Of a stretch of DNA of 64,000 bases, positions 1-11,130 are shown piece after piece. The stretch comes from Malacoraja senta. Its lineage: Eukaryota. The notes under the pieces are model-generated. The model made no database searches, had not been told where the DNA came from, and saw only the letters and a list, made by a program, of their open reading frames with translations. The translations under genes and the position numbers were made by a program. The stretch spans positions 3,164,001 to 3,228,000 of the forward strand of contig CM075998.1 of the NCBI GenBank assembly GCA_038087875.1, read 5' to 3'. Each line of letters opens with the position of its first letter. The stretch's first letter is position 1.

Positions 1-175
1 TTGGCCTCCACACCGTCTGTGGCAATGAATTTCACATTCACCACCCTTGTGAATAAAGAAATTCCTCCTCATCTCCTTCATTTAATTCTGAAGCTATAAC
101 TTCTGGTCCTAGACTCCCCAACGGGTGGAAACATCCTCTCCACATCCACTCTATCCAAGCCTTTCACTATTTTCG
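1..175 (-). mobile_element. CR1-type LINE fragment
   Basis: Reverse complement of the RT C-terminal segment seen at 3540-3720. Confidence 0.7.
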
Positions 176-2508
176 GTAAGTTTCACTATTCGGTGAGTTT
201 CAATGAGTTTCATCAGATAGCATTGATTTAGTGAGGGCACAGGGTCAGGGGTTGAAGAGAAGAAGCCCACCATCTTGAACCCAATCCCATTGTTTCCATC
301 ACTTTGAAGACCAGTCTGTTGAGCTCAGTCAAAAGGCTCCATAGCATCCAGCAAACTAACAAGGCGGGGTTACTCAAAGTTCAAGAGTCCTGTTTAATGC
401 TGAGAAAGCATCAAATGTTCTTAATAGCTTCTCCCTTTCAGTAGGTCATTTGGATCCTTAACACTGAGCAAGGTAATTTTCCACTCAGATATGAAAGTAA
501 TTAGCAAGTCTAAAGGTTGAGTACATAGGACTATAGACCTGTCATTACCTGTCATGCCAGCAATGAGACATAGCACAGGTCTGTAGGACAACCAACATGC
601 CAATAAAATAAGGTGAAGCTTGCAAAGCCAACATGAAACCTGGTGACATCTCATGGGTTTTGTAAAGGCAATCAGGAAGGTTCTGCCCAACTTGGGAGAG
701 TGTTGCGAGCTCATCTTGGAGCTCTCTGGTTGCCCGGTGAGTGAAACCTTCAATAGGTCAACCACCCCAAATTTCAGGGATTGCATCAGTTCTACCTACC
801 TTCCAGACCTGGCACTGGACCCAACAAAGGCTACCTGGCTCAGTGTTCCAGAGCTAGCTGTGCTTCCAGCCAACCTGCTCCTGTGTACTATAGATCGATG
901 TTCCACAGTACATTCTAATTTTCCAGCATTCTGCTGATAGCCTTCTCTGCCTTGGTGTTTCAAGAGCTCACTGAGATTCCCTCTCAGGTAGTGTATTCCA
1001 AGTTGCCAACCCCCCTCTTTGGGAAGGTGGACAAAATGCTGGAGAAACTCAGCGGGTGAGGCAGCATCTATGGAGTGAAGGAATAGGTGACGTTTCGCGT
1101 CGAGACCCTTCAAACTCATTGCCATGTTAACAGTGGCATGAGCTGGACAGATGTTAAACATTTCCTTGCCTGCATCAAATATGGAGCCGCCTTTACAGGA
1201 GGAACATATTTGACTGTACTGAAGTGACATTTTCATTTTTGAAATGAATTCTCATATGGCAGACATTATTGGAATATATTTTCCATTCCTAACACCTTCA
1301 AATCTCTATTGGGCTCTTGCACCCAATGGTTAGATCTTCCCATAGTATTAGTTGAGGAATTGTTAGGCATTAGCTGAGGAATTCCAGGAATTCGGCCCAT
1401 CGGCCGATGCTGGTTTACACCGAGGATAGGCACGAAATGCTGGAGTAACTCAGCGGGTCAGCCAACATCTCTGGAGAGAAAGGAATAGGTAACGTTTTGG
1501 GTCGCGACCCTTCTTCAGACCCCTGAAGAAGGATCTGGACCCGAAATGTCACCTATCCCTTTCCTCCAGAGATGCTGCCTGACCAGCTGAGTTACTCCAG
1601 CATTTTGTGTCTCTCCTCGATATGAGGGAGTGACATTATATTAAGTCAGGGGAAGTCAGCAGGAAATGGAGTTGGCGTTCTTTGCTTTGAATTTCTACCA
1701 GGTAGCAGGTAGTGCAAGGTGCTATGGATGAAACCTTGTTGAGACACCACCTTGGACCTTCTAGTTAGTACACATGCAGTCACCAATGGTGGAGGGAGTG
1801 AATGTTGAAGGTGCAGGAAATCATTCCAGACAAGTGGCCTGGATGATCCAGTGCTTTGTAGTTGTACCTAGGTGGAGATAATTCCATCCTACAGGGATCT
1901 TATAAGATTGGGAAGGGTTTCCAGAGTCAGATGAGTCACTTGAAGGAGAATAATGCGCAGCTTCTGACCTGCTCTTGTTGGCTATTCAGTTAGGTTTCTG
2001 CTCAGTGTTGGCACGCAGGAGGTGAATGGGGAGGGAACTGAGTAATGAGAATGCTTTGAATGTCAAGGTAAGCTTGATGGACTCCATCTTGTTGGAAACG
2101 GTCTCTGCCTGGCACCTGTGTGGGCCTGAACATCGTGCAAGTCTCGCTCCGTGCAGCCATGGACCTCTTCCAAGGAGATGCAAATGGAATTTGGACATTG
2201 TCCCCTATTGATTGCACGTCAGGTTTGTGATCGCGGCCAAGAAGCTCCAACAGGTGGGTCAACTTGTCCACATGCCTGACATGGACTCTACTTGAAGTTA
2301 TGCCAACAGTGTGAAGCTTCCAGGAAGATATTGAATATGCGACTTGGACAATATTTCAGAACATTGTGACATCCCCAATGCTCCATGGAACCCTTGACCT
2401 GTCGCAGCTCAAAATGTTGAAGGAGCATCTCAGAGGCGACTCAGCTCTCCCAGCCTCGATGACTATGGCACACGAATGCTCAGTGCAAAACGAGAAGGAG
2501 CCCACAAC

Positions 2509-2775
2509 ATGTGGCCAAGCTTGAAAGGGTTCAGAGAATATTTACCAGGATGTTGCCACGACTTGAGGGCCTGAGCTATAGGGAGAGGTTGAGCAGGCTG
2601 AGACTCTATTCCTTGGAGAGCAGGAGGATGAGGGGTAATCTTATAGAGGTGTACAAAATCATGAGAGGAATAGATCGGGTAGAGACGCACAGTGTTTTGC
2701 ACAGAGTAGGGGAATCGAGAACCAGAGAGCATAAGTTAAAAGTGAAGGGGGAAAGATTCAATAGTAATTTGAGGA
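2509..2775 (+). mobile_element. CR1-type LINE RT C-terminal fragment
   Basis: LERVQRIFTRMLP.LEGLSYRERL..L.LYSLE.RRMRG.LIEVYKIM. Confidence 0.85.
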
Positions 2776-3465
2776 ATCCTGATACACCTCGCCCCACCTG
2801 TGGCAGAGATGCCATGTGCAATGTGACAATGCCACTTTGCCCATTAATATATGTACTAAACATTCAAGAAACAATGTAAGGTGTTTGGGAAAGAGGACAG
2901 TGCAGGAGTGGAGTGGAGTTCTCCATTGCCATTACGCTACCACCTTACATTTTTTCCTGAACGTTTAGCACATATATTAATGGGCAAAGCTGGCAGCTGG
3001 CATTGATTTAGTGAGGGCACAGGGTTAGAGGTTGAAGAGAAGAAGACCACCATCTTGAACCCAATCCCATTGATTCCTTCACTTTGAAGACCAGTCTGTT
3101 CAGCTCAGTAGCTCCATAAAAGGCTCCATAACATCCAGCAAATGAACAAGGCGGGGTTACTCAAAGTGCAAGAGTCCTGTTTAATGCTGAGAAAGCATCG
3201 AACGTTCTTAATAGCTTCTCCCTTTCACCAGGTCATCTGGATCCATAACACCGAGCAAGGTAATTTTCCATTCAGATATGAAAGCAATTCAATGGTCCAA
3301 AGGTTGAACTGAGAGGACTATAGACCTGTCATCACATTCCCCACAATGAGACTTGGCACAGAAGGTCTATAAGTCAACCAACTCCAAGAAATAAAGCCAT
3401 AGCTTCCTTCGAAGTATCTAAAGTGCAACTGTGATATTGGATTGACAACCCAATGCATTTGAAGG

Positions 3466-3890
3466 CACTGGGACTGCACTCACTGGAGTTTAGAAGAATG
3501 AGGGGGGACCTCATTGAAACTTACTGAATAGTGAAAGGCCTGGATAGAGTGGATGTGGAGAGGATGTTTCCACTGGTGGGAGAATCTAGGACCAGAGATC
3601 ATCGTCTCAGAATTAAAGGACGTTCCTTTAGGAAGGAGGTGAGGAGGAATTTCTTTAGTCAGAGGGTGGTGAATCTGTGGAATTCATTGCCACATATGGC
3701 TGTGGAGGCCAAGTCAATGGATAGTTTTAAGGTGGAGATTGACTGATTCTTGATTAGTACAGATGTCAGAGGTTATGGGGAGAAGGCAGGAGAATGGGGT
3801 TAGGAAGGAGAGATAGATCAGCCATGATTGAATGGCGGAGTGGACTTGATGGGTTGAATGGCCTGATTCTGCTCCTATCACATGAACTTT
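3466..3890 (+). mobile_element. CR1-type LINE 3' end
   Basis: RRNFFSQRVVNLWNSLP and the 3' UTR hairpin tail. Confidence 0.85.
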
Positions 3891-4224
3891 AGTACTTATT
3901 ATGAACTATGAGTAGCTCCTCCCTCTGTGGTTGCCTTTACCCAACAGTAACACTGAGACATCTGATTTCAGCTTCTCTCTCTGAAACTGCTGACTGAATT
4001 CTAGCATATTATGATCACTGCCTCCTAGGGATTCCTTCACCGGAAGCTTCCTATTCCAATCTCCAGTTCATTACACAACAGCAACTCCTGAATTACCTTT
4101 TCCCTCGTGGGCTCGGCCATGAGCTGCTCTAAGAAGCCATCTCGAGGGCATTCTTATTCCTTCTCTTGAGATCCAGTACCAATCTGATATTCACAGTCTG
4201 CCTGCATATTGAAATCCCCCTTGA

Positions 4225-4840
4225 CCACAATCTACTGTATCCGCTGTTCAAGATGTGGACTCTTATACATCGGCGGGCGAGACCAAACGCAGACTGGGCG
4301 ATCGTTTCACGGAACACCTTCGCTCAGCCCACCTGAACCAACCTGATCTCCCGGTTGCCAAACACTTTAATTCTCCTTCCCATTCCCACACTGACCTTTC
4401 TGTCTTCGTCCCCTCCATTGTCAGAGTGAGGCTAAACGCAAATTGGAGGAACAGCATCTCATATTTCGCTTGGGCAGCTTACAGCCCAGTGGTATGAATA
4501 TTGATTTCTCTCACTTCAGGTAACCCCGGCATTCCCTCTCTCTCTATCCCTCCCCCACCCAAGTCGCACCAGCTTCTCGTTCTCACCCAAGAAACAGCTA
4601 ACAATGGCCTGTTTCCTTTATCATTGTCACTTTTTTGCATATCTTTCATTCATTGTTCTTTATCTCTCCACATCACCGTCTATATCTCTCGTTTCCCTTA
4701 TCCCTAACCAGTCTGAAGAAGGGTCTCGACCCGAAACATCACCCATTCCTTCTCTCCAGAGTACTGCCTGTCCCGCTGAGTTACTCCAGCTTTTTGTGTC
4801 TATCTTCAGTTTAAACCAGCATCTGCAGTTCCTTCTTACC
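4225..4840 (+). mobile_element. Penelope-like element 3' part: GIY-YIG endonuclease fragment plus terminal repeat
   Basis: GETKRRLGDRFTEHLRS...HFNSPSHS...; terminus contains CTGAAGA-GGGTCTCGACCC-GAAAC. Confidence 0.85.
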
Positions 4841-5152
4841 ACAATAACAATGCCTTTCTTCCAAGCCTTTTCTATCTCCTGATGCAGTTTGTACCCTACA
4901 TCCTGGCTACTGAGGCCTGTATATAACTCCCATCAGGGTCTTTTAACCCTTGAAGTTTCTCAACTCTACCCACAAGGATTCTACATCTTCTGATCCTATG
5001 TCACCCCTCACTAAGGATTGCATTTCATTGCTTACCAACAAATCCACTCCACCCCCTCTGAAGAGCTATGGATCACATGTAGCCAGTTGAGATTTGATCT
5101 TGGCATCTTGTTTGGCACAGATATTGTGGGCTGACAGACTTGTTCCTATGCT

Positions 5153-5775
5153 AAATAGACAAAAATGCTGGAGAAACTCAGCGGGTGCAGCAGCATCTAT
5201 GGAGCGAAGGAAATAGGCAACGTTTCGGGCCGAAACCCTTCTTCAGACTGATAGGGGGTGGGGAGAAGAAAGGAAAAAGGTGGAGGAGGAGCCCGAGGGC
5301 TGAGGGATGGGAGGAGACAGCCCGAGGGCTGAGGAAGGGGAGGAGCCAGCATGGGCTAACAAAATAGGGAGAATTCAATGTTCATGCCCCCAGGATGCAG
5401 ACTCCCCAAGCGGAATATGAGGTGCATTTCCTCCAATTTCCAGTGTTGCTCGCTCTGGCCATGGAGGAGACCCAGGACAGAGAGGTCGGATACGGAATGG
5501 GAGGGGGAGTTGAAGTGCTGAGCCACCGGGAGGTCAGGTTGGTTATTGCGGACCGAGCGGAGGTGTTCGGCTAAACGATCGCCAAGCCTCCGCTTGGTCT
5601 CACCGATGTAGATCAGCTGATTTCTTCTCCCCACCCCCCTTCAGTCTGAAGAAGGGTTTCGGCCTGAAACATTGCCTATTTCCTTCGCTCCATAGATGCT
5701 GCTGCACCCGCTGAGTTTCTCCAGCATTTTTGTGTACCTTCGATTTTCCAGCATCTGCAGTTCCTTCTTAAACAC
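5153..5775 (-). mobile_element. Penelope-like element with GIY-YIG fragment and inverted terminal repeat copies
   Basis: ORF 5356-5634 YIGETKRRLGDRLAEHLRSV; flanked by direct repeat tgttcctatgct (5141 and 5776). Confidence 0.85.
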
Positions 5776-5942
5776 TGTTCCTATGCTGTACTGTTCTGTC
5801 CCTCCAATGTCCATAGGTTCTAGGGGCAGAATTAGGCCATTCGGCCCATCAACTCTACTCCGCCATTCAATCATGGCTGATCTATCTCTCCTAACCCCGT
5901 TCTCCTGTCTTCTCCCCATAACCCCTGACACCCGTACTAATC

Positions 5943-6501
5943 TGGTGAGACCACATCTGGAGTATTGTGTCCAGTTTTGGTCTCCTAATTTGAGGAAGGA
6001 CATCCTTGTGATTGAGGCAGTGCAGCGTAGGTTCACGAGATTGATCCCTGGGATGGCGGGACTGTCATATGAGGAAAGATTGAAAAGACTAGGCTTGTAT
6101 TCACTGGAGTTTAGAAGGATGAGGGGAGGATCTTATAGAAACATATAAAATTATAAAAGGACTGGACAAGCTAGATGCAGGAAAAATGTTCCCAATGTTG
6201 GGCGAGTCCAGAACCAGGGGCCACAGTCTTAGAATAAAGGGGAGGTCATTTAAGAAAAAACTTTTTCACCCAGAGAGTTGTGAATTTATGGAATTCCCTG
6301 CCACAGAGGGCAGTAGAGGCCAAGTCACTGGATGGATTTAAGAGAGAGTTAGATAGATCTCTAGGGGCTAGTGGAGTCAAGGGATATGGGGAGAAGGCAG
6401 GCACGGGTTATTGATAGGGGACGATCAGCCATGATCACAATGAATGGCGGTGCTGGCTCGCAGGGCCGAATGGCCTCCTCCTGCACCTATTTTCTATGTT
6501 T
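5943..6501 (+). mobile_element. CR1-type LINE 3' end nested in an antisense CR1 fragment (5826-6600)
   Basis: [15 protein letters not shown]...; ctaatc duplicated at both junctions. Confidence 0.85.
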
Positions 6502-7724
6502 CTAATCAAGAATCTATCTATCTCTGCCTTAAAAATATCCTTGGCCTCCACAGCCGTCTGTGGCAAAGAATTCCACAGATTCACCACCCTCTGACTAAAG
6601 AAAGTAAAGTTGATTGGAAGGGGACCCTAGTAGGAGCAGCAGTGGCAGGAGTTTCTGGGAGTAATTTGGAAGACGCAGGATCTTTTCATCCCAAAGAGGA
6701 AGGAAGACATGAAGGGGAGAATGAGGTGACCATGGCTGACAAGGGGAGTCAAAGACAGAATAAAAGCAAAAGAGAAGACATATAATACGGGGTCGGAGAG
6801 TGGGAGGAAACCGGAGCACCAGAAGAAAACCCAGGCGGTCACAGGGAGAACGTACAAACTACGTACAGATAGCAACCGTAATCGGGATGGAACCTGGGTC
6901 TCTGCCGCTGTAAGGCAGCAACTCTACCGCTGCGCCACCGTGCCGCCCCCTGTGTTCATTTCGAGAGGACTAAAACAGAAAGGCAAAGATACAATGCTAA
7001 GGCTTTATAAGGTGCTGGTCAGACCGCATTTGCAGTATTGTGAGCAATTTTGGGCACCATATCTGAGGAAGGATGTGCTGGTGTTGGAGAGGGTCCAGAG
7101 GAGGTTTCTGAGAATGATCTCGGGGATGATTGGGTTAACATATGAGGAGCATCTGGACCTGTACTCGCTGGAGTTCAGAGGGATGAGGAGAGAATCTCAT
7201 TGAATCCTACTGGATAATGAACTCGTGCCCCCTGTTTCATGCTTGTGACTCTGCCATTAGACTTTACAAATGCAATTTCTGCAGAGCACAGGAATGGGTG
7301 GGGATATTTACACCACCAGCCTTGGCAGAGTTTGGTTCACACATCTTCACAGTCACACCTTCCAATTTTCAACTGAAATATAATGTGTGCTGATTGAGAG
7401 ATAATTTAATGAACTAGAATTTGCAACAATTAAAACCCAAAGCATGTCAGTCGGAGACATTTTGTGAACCACAGGAATGATGGATTGTGTACTTGATGGC
7501 AGAAAGAAAATGGTGACAGGACCACTGTCACCATCGGTCTCTCCCCGTGTCTGGAGAAGTGAGTTTAGTTTATTGTCACGTCTACCGAGGCACAGTGAAA
7601 AGCTTTTTTGTTGTGTGCCAAGCAGTCAGTGGAAAGACAATACAAGATGCCAATCCCCGTCACCTTAAACCTATGTCCCCGTGGTTCTCAATTCCCCGAC
7701 ACTGGGTAAAATAATCTGTGCTTT

Positions 7725-8048
7725 TATGTACAGCGTCTCTTGCCCAGAGTAGGTGAATGGAGGACCAGAGGACATAGGTTTAAGGTGAAGGGGGAAAGAT
7801 TTGATAGGAATCTAAGGGGTAACCTTTTCATACAAAGGGTGGTGGATGTATGGAACAAGCTGCCAGAGGAGGTGGTTGAGGCAGGGACCATTGCAACGTT
7901 TGAGGAACAGTTGGACAGGTACATGGATAGGGCAGGTTTGGAGGGTTATGGGCCAAACGCAGGCAGGTGGGACTAGTGTAGATGGGACATGTTGGTTGGC
8001 GTGGGCAAGTTGGGCCGAAGAACCTTTTTCCACGCTGTATGTCTCTAT
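7725..8048 (+). mobile_element. CR1-type LINE 3' end
   Basis: RTRGHRFKVKGERF...RVVDVWNKLP. Confidence 0.8.
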
Positions 8049-8602
8049 GCCACACTGACCCTTGTACCCTCACCTCCTTGGCAACAAGGGGTGAAGAAAG
8101 GCTTGCGCTCCTGAACAGGGAAGCTATGTAGATAACAACAACAGTTAGAGGATAAAAAGGAACATACTTTATTGATCTACAATAACCCTGCACTACACAT
8201 TAATGAACTTCATATTAATTATCTGTGAACAAGATCATTGCTGAGCAGCAGAAAATAAAGCATTCCACCAAAGCCCAAATATGGATCTGTCCCTAATAAA
8301 TAGGTGAGACAATTTATTAGAGAATAATGTTATCACCGAGTGAAGGAGCAATAAAAAGATTGACGTGCATATATAGGTGAAGATCAATGAAGTCAAAATA
8401 TCAATTAACAAGGCGGCTGAAAGAGAGCAGACAATAATTGTACTGAAGCTGCGGTGATTGTACAGCGAGATTTAACCTCCACACATTAGCAGTACACGGG
8501 CTGGGCTGCAGGTAAGTTCATGTCACGATATATAATAACTAGTATCTGAGTTAGCATTGCAAAGTGTGTCTGTTGGCATGGCCATAATAGACAGGGGCTG
8601 CT

Positions 8603-9430
8603 GGGCACTGCCCACTGGAGGTTCACTGCCTGTTGTCTGCCCACTGGAGATGCACTGTCTGTTGTCACTGCCCACTGGAGATGCACTGTCTGTGGTCACG
8701 GCCCACTGAGAGTGCACTGTCTGTGAGGCACTGCCCACTGGAGATGCACTGTCTGTGGTCACTGCCACTGGAGATGCACTGTCTGTGGTCACGGCCCACT
8801 GGAGATGCACTGTCTGTGGTCACGGCCCACTGGAGATGCACTGTCTGTGGTCACTGCCCACTGGAGATGCACTGTCTGTGGTCACGGCCCACTGAGAGTG
8901 CACTGTCTGTGAGGCACTGCCCACTGGAGATGCACTGTCTGTGGTCACTGCCACTGGAGATGCACTGTCTGTGGTCACGGCCCACTGGAGATGCACTGTC
9001 TGTGGTCACGGCCCACTGGAGATGCACTGTCTGTGGTCACTGCCCACTGGAGATGCACTGTCTGTTGTCACTGCCCACTGGAGATGCACTGTCTGTGGTC
9101 ACGGCCCACTGAGAGTGCACTGTCTGTGAGGCACTGCCCACTGGAGATGCACTGTCTGTGGTCACTGCCACTGGAGATGCACTGTCTGTGGTCACGGCCC
9201 ACTGGAGATGCACTGTCTGTGGTCACGGCCCACTGGAGATGCACTGTCTGTGGTCACTGCCCACTGGAGATGCACTGTCTGTGGTCACTGCCACTGGAGA
9301 TGCACTGTCTGTGGTCACTGCCCACTGGAGATGCACTGTCTGTGGGGCACTGCCCACTGGAGATGCACTGTCTGTGAGGCACTGCCCACTGGAGATGCAC
9401 TGTCTGTGGTCACTGCCCACTGGAGGTGCA
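8603..9430. repeat. 31-bp minisatellite (CACTGCCCACTGGAGATGCACTGTCTGTGGT), about 26 copies
   Basis: Directly visible tandem array. Confidence 0.95.
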
Positions 9431-9680
9431 ATCACTTAACATTAATGTGTAGATTCAGCAAGGAAATGTGGAAGGAAAATGGCACCCTGTTCTATATTAG
9501 AAGAGGATTTGAGTGCACGAGTAGCAATGCGTTGCTCCAAGTAGACAGGGCCCTAGTGAGAGCACATACTGAGTACAGGTCCTGTCTCCCTACCTATGGA
9601 AGGATATATTCATGATAGAGGGCTTGCAGCAAAGGTTCACCAGATTAGTTCTTGTGATAGTGGATGAACAATGTTTGCAG

Positions 9681-9980
9681 GGCGGCACGGTAGAGTTGCT
9701 GCCTTACAGCGCTTACAGCGCCAGAGACCCGGGTTCGATCCCGACCACGGGTGCTGTCTGTAAAGAGTTTGTACGTTCTCCCCGTGACCGCGTGGGTTTT
9801 CTCCGGGAGCTTCAGTTTCCTCCCACTCTCCAAAGACTTACAGGTTTGTAATTGGCTTGGTATAAATTGTAAATTGTCCCCAGTGTGTGTAGGGTAGTGT
9901 TAGCGTGCGGGGATCGCTGGTCGACGTGGACTCGGTGGGCCGAAGGGCCTGTTTCCGTGCTGTATCTTTAAACTAAAAAA
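9681..9980 (+). mobile_element. tRNA-derived V-SINE (HE1-like)
   Basis: tRNA-like head with GGTTCGATCC B-box, central gggtgctgtctgt...ctccccgtgacc domain, CR1-like tail gggccgaagggcctgtttcc. Confidence 0.85.
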
Positions 9981-10637
9981 AGTCAATTTGGTAGCATAGA
10001 TCTACTGGGAAGATGGATAGGTGCAGATGAGATTTAATACTGACTGGACAACTAATACGGCTGGCTCATATACAATGAATGGTAGGGCTCTAGGGAGTAG
10101 TGGAGAATGGTGCACCTCCAATTTGATGTGCAACTCCATGGATCAGTTCACTTTAGTTTATTGACCATTGTTTTCTCTGGAACAGTTACCATATCAGTTT
10201 AGTTTATTGTCACGTGTACCGAGGTACAGGGAAAAGCTTCTGTAGTGTGCTATCCAGCCAGCGGAAAGACAATACGTGATTGCAGTCAGGTCGTCCACGG
10301 TGTACAGATACATGATAAAGGAATAACGTTTAGTGCAAGGTAAAGCTAGCAAACTCCGATCAAAGATAATAATAATAATAATAGAAGATAGTCCGAGGGT
10401 CACCAAAAAGAGGTAGATAGTAGTTCAGCACTGCTCTCTGGTTGTGGTAGGATGGTTCAGTTGCCTGATAACAGCTGGGAAGAAACTGTCCCTGAATCTG
10501 GAGGTGTGCGTTTTCACACTTCTATACCTTTTGCCTGATGGGAGAGCCATTTACACTGTATAGATACATGATAAGGGATCTATGCATGATCCCTGAAGGT
10601 GGCAGCACAAGTCGACAAGTTTTTGAAGAAGGCGTAT

Positions 10638-11130
10638 GACAATAGACAATAGACAATAGACAATAGGTGCAGGAGTAGGCCATTTGGCACATTCAATGTG
10701 ATCAAGGCTGATCATCCCCAATCAGTACCCCGTTCCTGCCTTCTCCCCATATCCCCTGACTCCGCTATTTTTAAGAGCCCTATCTAGCTCGCTCTTGAAA
10801 GCATCCAGAGAACCTGCCTGAGGCAGAGAATTCCACAGACTCACAACTCTCTGTGAGAAAAAGTGTTTCCTCGTCTCCTAAATGGCCGACCCCTTATTCT
10901 TAAACTGTGGCCCCTGGTTCTGGACTCCCCCAACATCGGGAACATGTTTCCTGCCTCTAGCGTGTCCAAGTCCTTAACAATCTTATATGTTTCAATGAGA
11001 TTCCCTCTCATCCTTCTAAACTCCTTATTCTTAAACTGTGTGTGGCCCCTGGTTCTGGACTCCCCCAACATCAGGAACATGTTTCCTGCCTCTAGCCTGT
11101 CCAAACCCTTAACAATCTTATATGTTTCAA
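10638..11130 (-). mobile_element. CR1-type LINE 3' end with an internal tandem duplication
   Basis: (ACAATAG)n tail on +; ETYKIVK...GESRTRGH appears twice in ORF 10841-11200. Confidence 0.85.

Noticed and set aside
8603..9430. CRISPR-like regular repeat
   Set aside because: No unique spacers, eukaryotic context and no cas genes
8633..9615. Cys/His-rich repetitive ORFs (HCPLEMHCLW...) resembling zinc-finger or metallothionein proteins
   Set aside because: They are translations of the 31-bp minisatellite, whose unit is not a multiple of 3; no coding evidence
9681..9760. tRNA-like sequences at SINE heads
   Set aside because: They are SINE Pol III promoter regions, not full cloverleaf tRNAs
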